NCBI GenBank assembly: GCA_020632715.1
Contig: JACKFA010000002.1
Location: 578,122 to 642,121, forward strand
Direction of reading: 5' to 3'
DNA from: Deltaproteobacteria bacterium
GTDB lineage: Bacteria > Myxococcota_A > UBA9042 > PHBI01
Length of the DNA stretch: 64,000 nucleotides
Shown: positions 61,147 to 64,000 of the stretch, one piece after another
Layout of the letters: each line of letters opens with the position of its first letter
Position numbering within the stretch: the stretch's first letter is position 1
The notes under the pieces: model-generated
What the model saw: only the letters and a program-made list of their open reading frames with translations
The model's database searches: none
What the model was told of the DNA's origin: nothing
Made by a program: the position numbers and the translations under genes

Positions 61147-64000
61147 CTACCGCGCGGCGACCAGCCGCAGCGGCCCGCTGCTCCCGCGCCTCGACGGGTC
61201 GTAGTACGCGTAGGCCACCGCCGGGCGCTGCATCACGGTCGCCGCCGTCGTCGCCTCGAGCCGATAGTCGAGCACCACGGCCTCGCCGGCGTCGAGCCCG
61301 TCGAGATAGAGCGCGACGCGGTCGCCGAGGTCGTCGAAGCGGCTCACGCGGCGCGCCTTCACGAGCGCCTCGAGCGACGCCCGGTCGGGGGCGAACCCGG
61401 CCGGCACCGGCAGGATCACCGTCGGTGACGCCACCGGCTGCTCCCCCGGGTTCAGGACGCCCACCTTCATCGCCGCGAGCGCGCCGACCGCGGTGGGCCC
61501 GCTCCCCTCGGTCTCGAGGTGCACGACCAGCCCGCGGCTCTCGGGCGTCGGCTCCGACGTCCGCCGCCACGCCGCGCGCAGCTCCGCGCGGAGCGCGCCC
61601 GCGCCGCCCTCGAGGGTGACGACGTGCTTGCCGGGCCCGAGCGCGAGCTCGAGCGTCGGCACCCCGGCCTCCGACAGCGGCAGCGTCGCGGGCGGCCCGC
61701 CGTCGACCCGCACCACGAGCGGCGCGTCCGGCAGCGTCGCGGGCTCCTCGACGCCCATCGTCGCGGCGCGCAGCGCGAGCACCGTCGCCTGCGTCGAGCC
61801 CCAGCCGTACTTCGGGTCGCGGGCCTTCCAGAGCCAGGAGAGCGCGGTCTCCGCGTCCTCGAGGCTCCCGCCGAGCCGCGCCGCCGCGCTCGCGAGCGCC
61901 GTCGTCTCCACGTTCGCGGCCGCCCCCGTGCTCGAGAACGCGGTCGTCGCGCCCGTCGTGTAGAACGCCCCGTCCCCGTCGCGCTCCTGCAGCGCCAGCA
62001 TGCGGCCCAGCGCCTCACCCGGGCGACCGTCGAGCCGCGCCTCGGCCGCCGCGAGCAACGCGGTGACGTAGCTGTTCTTCGCGGCGCCAGGCCCCCGCTC
62101 GGCGCGCCGCACCCACGCGATGGCGCGCCGCGCGGCCTTCTCCGCGTGCCCCGCCTCGGCGAGGGCGTAGGCGATGTAGGCCGTCGCCTCGAGCGTCGTG
62201 GCCGTCCCGTGCCACGTCCCGACCGGCGGGAAGGACCCGTCTCCGTCCTGCTGCGCGAGGAGCCACTTGCGCGTGCGCGCGATGAGCGCCGGGTCCACGG
62301 GATACACGGCGGCCATGTCCGTGAACTCGACGAGCCCGTACGCCGTCAGCACCGTGCTCGCCGGGGCCTGCCCGTACCAGGAGAAGCCGCCCGACGGCAC
62401 CTCGTAGCCGATGAGCCGCTGGTAGCCCTTCGCGACGAGCTCCCGCGCCCGCGCGACGTCCTCGCCGCGGGCGTTCTGCGCGCCCTTCAGGAGGCGCAGG
62501 ACGAGGAGGTTCGGGTAGGTGGTGCTGCTCGTCTGCTCGAAGCAGCCGTAGGGCTCGCGCAGCATGCCCTCGACGCCGTCGAGGGCGAGGTCCGCGGGGC
62601 CCCGGAAGGCGCGGATCCGGCCCGTGATCGTGTGCGGATCGGCGTCCGCGGGCACCTCGATCTCGAGCCTCGCCTTCCCCTTCGAGACGCGCACCGGCGC
62701 CACGATCCGCTCCTCGAGCCCACGCGCGGCCACGTCGAGCCGCTTCCGGAGGGCGTCGATCTCGCGGCCCTCGGCGTCCCGCACGCGCACCTCGACGGTC
62801 GCCTCGCCGGTCGCCCGCGCCGTGAGCGGGAGCGGCACGGCCCGCGTCGCCCCCGGCGCGACGTCGACGACGCTGGCCGCGAGCGGGCCCCCGAGGGCCA
62901 CGGCGCCGACCGCCGACACCTCGACGGTCAGCCGCTCGGCGGCGCCGCGGTGGTTCGCGAGGATGACGCTCGCCTCGACGCGATCGCCCTCCGCGAGCCG
63001 CTCGGGGGCCTGGAGCTCGGCGTGCACGGGCAGCGCCGTCTCGAAGCGCCCGACGGCGCGCCCGGTCGCCCCGTTGGCCGCGATCGCCGCCACCTCGACC
63101 TCCCAGCCGGTGACCGAGTCCGGCACGCGGAAGCCGAAGCGGGCGCGCCCGTCGGCGCCGGTCTCCTCGCCGACGACCCAGAGCGCGGTCTCGTCGAAGC
63201 GCTCGCGCACGGCCGCCGGCCCGGCCTCGACGCCGGCCATCGCGTAGCCGCGGCTGCCCTTGAGGGACCCGATGCTCCCGCCGCCGCCGGCGCCCGAGCC
63301 GTAGCAGCCGATGCCGCTGCTCCCGTAGCCCACGACCCGCTCCTCGGCGAGCACGTCGTCGTGGAGGACGTCGTCCGCGGTGTCGAAGCGCCCGTCGGCG
63401 CCCGCCGAGCGCGCCACGAGCACCGCCGCGGCGCTCGTCCGCTCGAGCCGCACCGCCTGCCCCCACGCGTCGAGGGCGTGGTGCGCCACGAGGTCCGGCG
63501 CGCTCCAGGTGCCGCGCTTCTTCAGCTCGCGGCGCGCCTTGCCGCCGAGCGCGCGCACGGCGGTCGCGAGGAGGTCGAGGCGCCTCATCGTCACCTGGGC
63601 TCCGATCGCGTCCGCGCCGAGGTCCTCGCCCATCGTCGCGAGGTAGGCCCAGGTGCGCGCGCGGCCCCAGGGGTCGGCGAGGTCGATCGCGCGGCCCCGC
63701 TGGCCCTCGAAGAGCACACTCGGCTCCGGGGCGACGGTGCGCCCGCCGGCTGGCGCCGCGACGACCACGGCGTCGTCCCGCTTGGCGAGCAACGGCACGG
63801 CGCTGGCGCGGATCGTGCGGCCGGCCTGGAGCTCGGCGGCGAAGCGCGGCGCCGCCGGCAGCGACACGGTCGTCGCGCGCGGCGCGACGGGGACGCTCTC
63901 GATGAGCGCGTTCATGACGAGGAGCGCGTCGGGGCCGCCGTCACCGCGCGCGAGGAGCCGCCCGAAGAGGGCGCCGCGGTCGCCGACGGCCTTGATCTCC
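61147..64000 (-). CDS. Alpha-2-macroglobulin family protein. Only the C-terminal ~950 aa are inside the window; the N-terminus lies beyond the right edge.
   Basis: Thioester motif GCFEQTSS (CxEQ) in ...LREPYGCFEQTSSTTYPNLLVL..., plus an A2M receptor-binding-like C-terminus. The reading frame stays open to position 64000. Confidence 0.8.
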   Translation of the reverse strand, partial: EIKAVGDRGALFGRLLARGDGGPDALLVMNALIESVPVAPRATTVSLPAAPRFAAELQAGRTIRASAVPLLAKRDDAVVVAAPAGGRTVAPEPSVLFEGQRGRAIDLADPWGRARTWAYLATMGEDLGADAIGAQVTMRRLDLLATAVRALGGKARRELKKRGTWSAPDLVAHHALDAWGQAVRLERTSAAAVLVARSAGADGRFDTADDVLHDDVLAEERVVGYGSSGIGCYGSGAGGGGSIGSLKGSRGYAMAGVEAGPAAVRERFDETALWVVGEETGADGRARFGFRVPDSVTGWEVEVAAIAANGATGRAVGRFETALPVHAELQAPERLAEGDRVEASVILANHRGAAERLTVEVSAVGAVALGGPLAASVVDVAPGATRAVPLPLTARATGEATVEVRVRDAEGREIDALRKRLDVAARGLEERIVAPVRVSKGKARLEIEVPADADPHTITGRIRAFRGPADLALDGVEGMLREPYGCFEQTSSTTYPNLLVLRLLKGAQNARGEDVARARELVAKGYQRLIGYEVPSGGFSWYGQAPASTVLTAYGLVEFTDMAAVYPVDPALIARTRKWLLAQQDGDGSFPPVGTWHGTATTLEATAYIAYALAEAGHAEKAARRAIAWVRRAERGPGAAKNSYVTALLAAAEARLDGRPGEALGRMLALQERDGDGAFYTTGATTAFSSTGAAANVETTALASAAARLGGSLEDAETALSWLWKARDPKYGWGSTQATVLALRAATMGVEEPATLPDAPLVVRVDGGPPATLPLSEAGVPTLELALGPGKHVVTLEGGAGALRAELRAAWRRTSEPTPESRGLVVHLETEGSGPTAVGALAAMKVGVLNPGEQPVASPTVILPVPAGFAPDRASLEALVKARRVSRFDDLGDRVALYLDGLDAGEAVVLDYRLEATTAATVMQRPAVAYAYYDPSRRGSSGPLRLVAAR

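Overview
Very high-GC (~70%) bacterial chromosomal window. Two proteins end in MYXO-CTERM sorting signals, so the lineage is almost certainly Myxococcota.

Content in order:
- A partial VWA-domain lipoprotein at the left edge.
- A complete branched-chain amino-acid operon on the minus strand (ilvB-ilvN-ilvC-leuA-leuC-leuD-leuB), followed by an NAD-malic enzyme gene. Neighbouring genes share 4-nt start/stop overlaps (GTGA, TTGA, ATGA).
- Two inverted copies of a ~90-bp palindromic element, each with a T/A run, in the two non-overlapping intergenic gaps of this cluster.
- An OPT oligopeptide transporter, an FYDLN_acid zinc-ribbon protein divergent from a dnaJ homologue, and a thrombospondin type 3 (TSP3) repeat outer-membrane protein with an apparent frameshift.
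- An archaic chaperone-usher pilus locus: spore-coat-protein-U (SCPU) subunit, usher, and a convergent PapD-like chaperone.
- A 13.7-kb gene for a 4578-aa lipoprotein built from ~14 tandem ~265-aa Cys-rich modules. Each module carries two MopE-like motifs (CNGxDDNCNGxxDE); a beta-helix and a Gly-rich tail follow.
- A DUF167 / tandem D-Ala-D-Ala-ligase fusion / DmpA (S58) aminopeptidase operon, read divergently from the giant gene.
- Two B12-domain regulator-like genes, one CarH-like with the canonical His and one with an excisionase-type HTH and no His, with folE adjacent.
- A four-helix-bundle gene bracketed by inverted hexanucleotide SSR arrays, next to a TerB-like gene.
- A tightly packed minus-strand cluster of six genes: 2OG-oxygenase-like, carbamoyltransferase, Zn-ribbon membrane protein, amidohydrolase, Ser/Thr kinase, SDR.
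- A trypsin-like protease with MopE-like motifs and MYXO-CTERM, then nth, a lipoprotein, and a partial alpha-2-macroglobulin.

No rRNA, tRNA or CRISPR array was recognised. Many very long Arg/Ala-rich ORFs in the track are antisense or frame-shadow artefacts of the high GC content. Boundaries are taken from the supplied ORF track plus manual start selection; my hand count of the printed sequence lines disagreed with ORF-track coordinates by 1 nt at several places, so treat manually derived positions (alternative starts, short motifs) as ±1-2 nt.
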